Source: Candidatus Marinacidobacterales bacterium (GTDB taxonomy: Bacteria; Acidobacteriota; Vicinamibacteria; Marinacidobacterales; SMYC01). Taken from it: a stretch of 64,000 nt of DNA. How positions within the stretch are numbered: the first letter of the stretch is position 1; the number at the start of each line of letters is the position of its first letter. The notes beneath the pieces were generated by a model. It was not told where the DNA came from. It did no database searches and saw only the letters and a program-made list of their open reading frames with translations. Position numbers and translations under genes: made by a program. Location of the stretch: contig OZ250169.1 in the NCBI GenBank assembly GCA_965237955.1, positions 1,504,001 to 1,568,000 of the forward strand, written 5' to 3'. Positions 62,935-64,000 of this stretch are shown in pieces.

Positions 62935-64000
62935 TTGAAAGTAGACTACGCAGAAGACGGCTCGGCGCTTCGGCATCTCGATATCGAGCTGCCGGCAGAG
63001 GAGCTGAACGACGAGTTCGAAAAAGGCGTCGTAAAGCTCCGGAAGTCGGTGAAGCTTCCCGGTTTCCGCAAGGGTAAGATTCCGAAGGACGTCATCCGCT
63101 CCCGCTTCCACTCGGATGTTCTCGAGCAAGCCGTTCACGACTTGCTGAACAAGGCCGTGCGCGACGCCTTGAAGGCCCGGGAGCTCTACCCTCTCGGCGA
63201 CCCCCAGATCAGTAACCTCGAGCCCAAGCTCGGCGAGCCACTTCGTTTCCGGGCATCGTTCGAAGTCATGCCCAACGTCGACGCCAAGGATTATGAAGGC
63301 CTCGAGGTAACCGAACAAAAGACCGAGGTTACCGAAGAGCAAATCGACCAAGGTATCGACCACCTCCGCGAGCAAAACGCGAGATTAGATCCCATCGAAG
63401 GGCGAGGCGCCCAGGATCATGACTTCGTGATGGGCGATCTGGTCGAGACCCCGTCGCTCGGAGGTGCCGCCGAGCGCCACGAAGGTGTTTCTTTCGAGGT
63501 GGGCTCGGAGGCCTACCATGAGGCGCTCCACGAGAAGCTCCAAGGCGCCGAGGCCGGCGCTCGGGTGCATTTTTCGGCCACGTTCCCCGCCGAGCACGGG
63601 GATCCAGAGCGCCGAGGGAAGAGCTTCGATGTCGTCTTCGAGGTCAAAGAGCTCAAACAGAAAGTGCTCCCCGACGCTGACGACGAGTTCGCCAAGGACA
63701 TTGGGGAGCACGACACTCTGGACGAGGTCAGAGCGGCGCTCCGAAGCCAGGCTGAAGAGCGCGCCCGACGCGACGACGAGCAGCACCTCCGCAGCCAGCT
63801 CCTCGAGAAAGTCATTGCTGCCAACGCTTTCGACGCACCCGCGTCGCTGGTAGAGGTCGAGCTCGACGGACGGGTCGAGGCCGCCGCCCGGGATCTCTAC
63901 GGGAGGGGCATCGACCCCCGCCAGGCGGGGATCGATTGGAGTAAAGTGCGTAGCGAGCAGCGGGCCTCCGCCGAAAACGCAGTGAAAGCAACCTTGCTCC
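62935..64000 (+). CDS. tig: Trigger factor (runs off the window; absent from the ORF track)
   Basis: TTG start; [11 protein letters not shown] ribosome-binding motif, [15 protein letters not shown]; follows tRNA-Leu. Confidence 0.93.
   Translation, partial: MKVDYAEDGSALRHLDIELPAEELNDEFEKGVVKLRKSVKLPGFRKGKIPKDVIRSRFHSDVLEQAVHDLLNKAVRDALKARELYPLGDPQISNLEPKLGEPLRFRASFEVMPNVDAKDYEGLEVTEQKTEVTEEQIDQGIDHLREQNARLDPIEGRGAQDHDFVMGDLVETPSLGGAAERHEGVSFEVGSEAYHEALHEKLQGAEAGARVHFSATFPAEHGDPERRGKSFDVVFEVKELKQKVLPDADDEFAKDIGEHDTLDEVRAALRSQAEERARRDDEQHLRSQLLEKVIAANAFDAPASLVEVELDGRVEAAARDLYGRGIDPRQAGIDWSKVRSEQRASAENAVKATLL

Overview
GC-rich (roughly 60-65%) bacterial chromosomal segment. Gene content (Ser/Thr kinase-PD40 paralogs, CehA/McbA, YfhO-like proteins, tRNA-Leu-tig) suggests Acidobacteriota, but this is inference. 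It runs from the 3' end of sbcC to tRNA-Leu(TAG) and trigger factor. Intact-looking genes include a TolB-CehA hydrolase, a Tat-exported propeller protein, two ABC operons, a PAS histidine kinase, a sulfatase, a DEAD-box helicase and a GMC oxidoreductase. These are interspersed with a heavy IS load (3 near-identical IS5/IS903-like copies, ISNCY, IS256, IS1182, IS200, IS91 and IS1 remnants, 3 copies of an rve-type element), three MITE families, and many gene fragments, frameshifts and internal deletions. Genome decay cannot be separated from assembly error using this sequence alone. Best leads: (1) a probable selenoprotein redoxin (in-frame TGA in a GYY-U-PKD motif plus a SECIS-like hairpin) that the ORF track truncates; (2) a 169-bp MITE family linked to an IS1-like parent with abutted ends; (3) an IS1182 that carries its own AbrB-like gene; (4) a triple 14-bp palindrome. 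No CRISPR array was seen.
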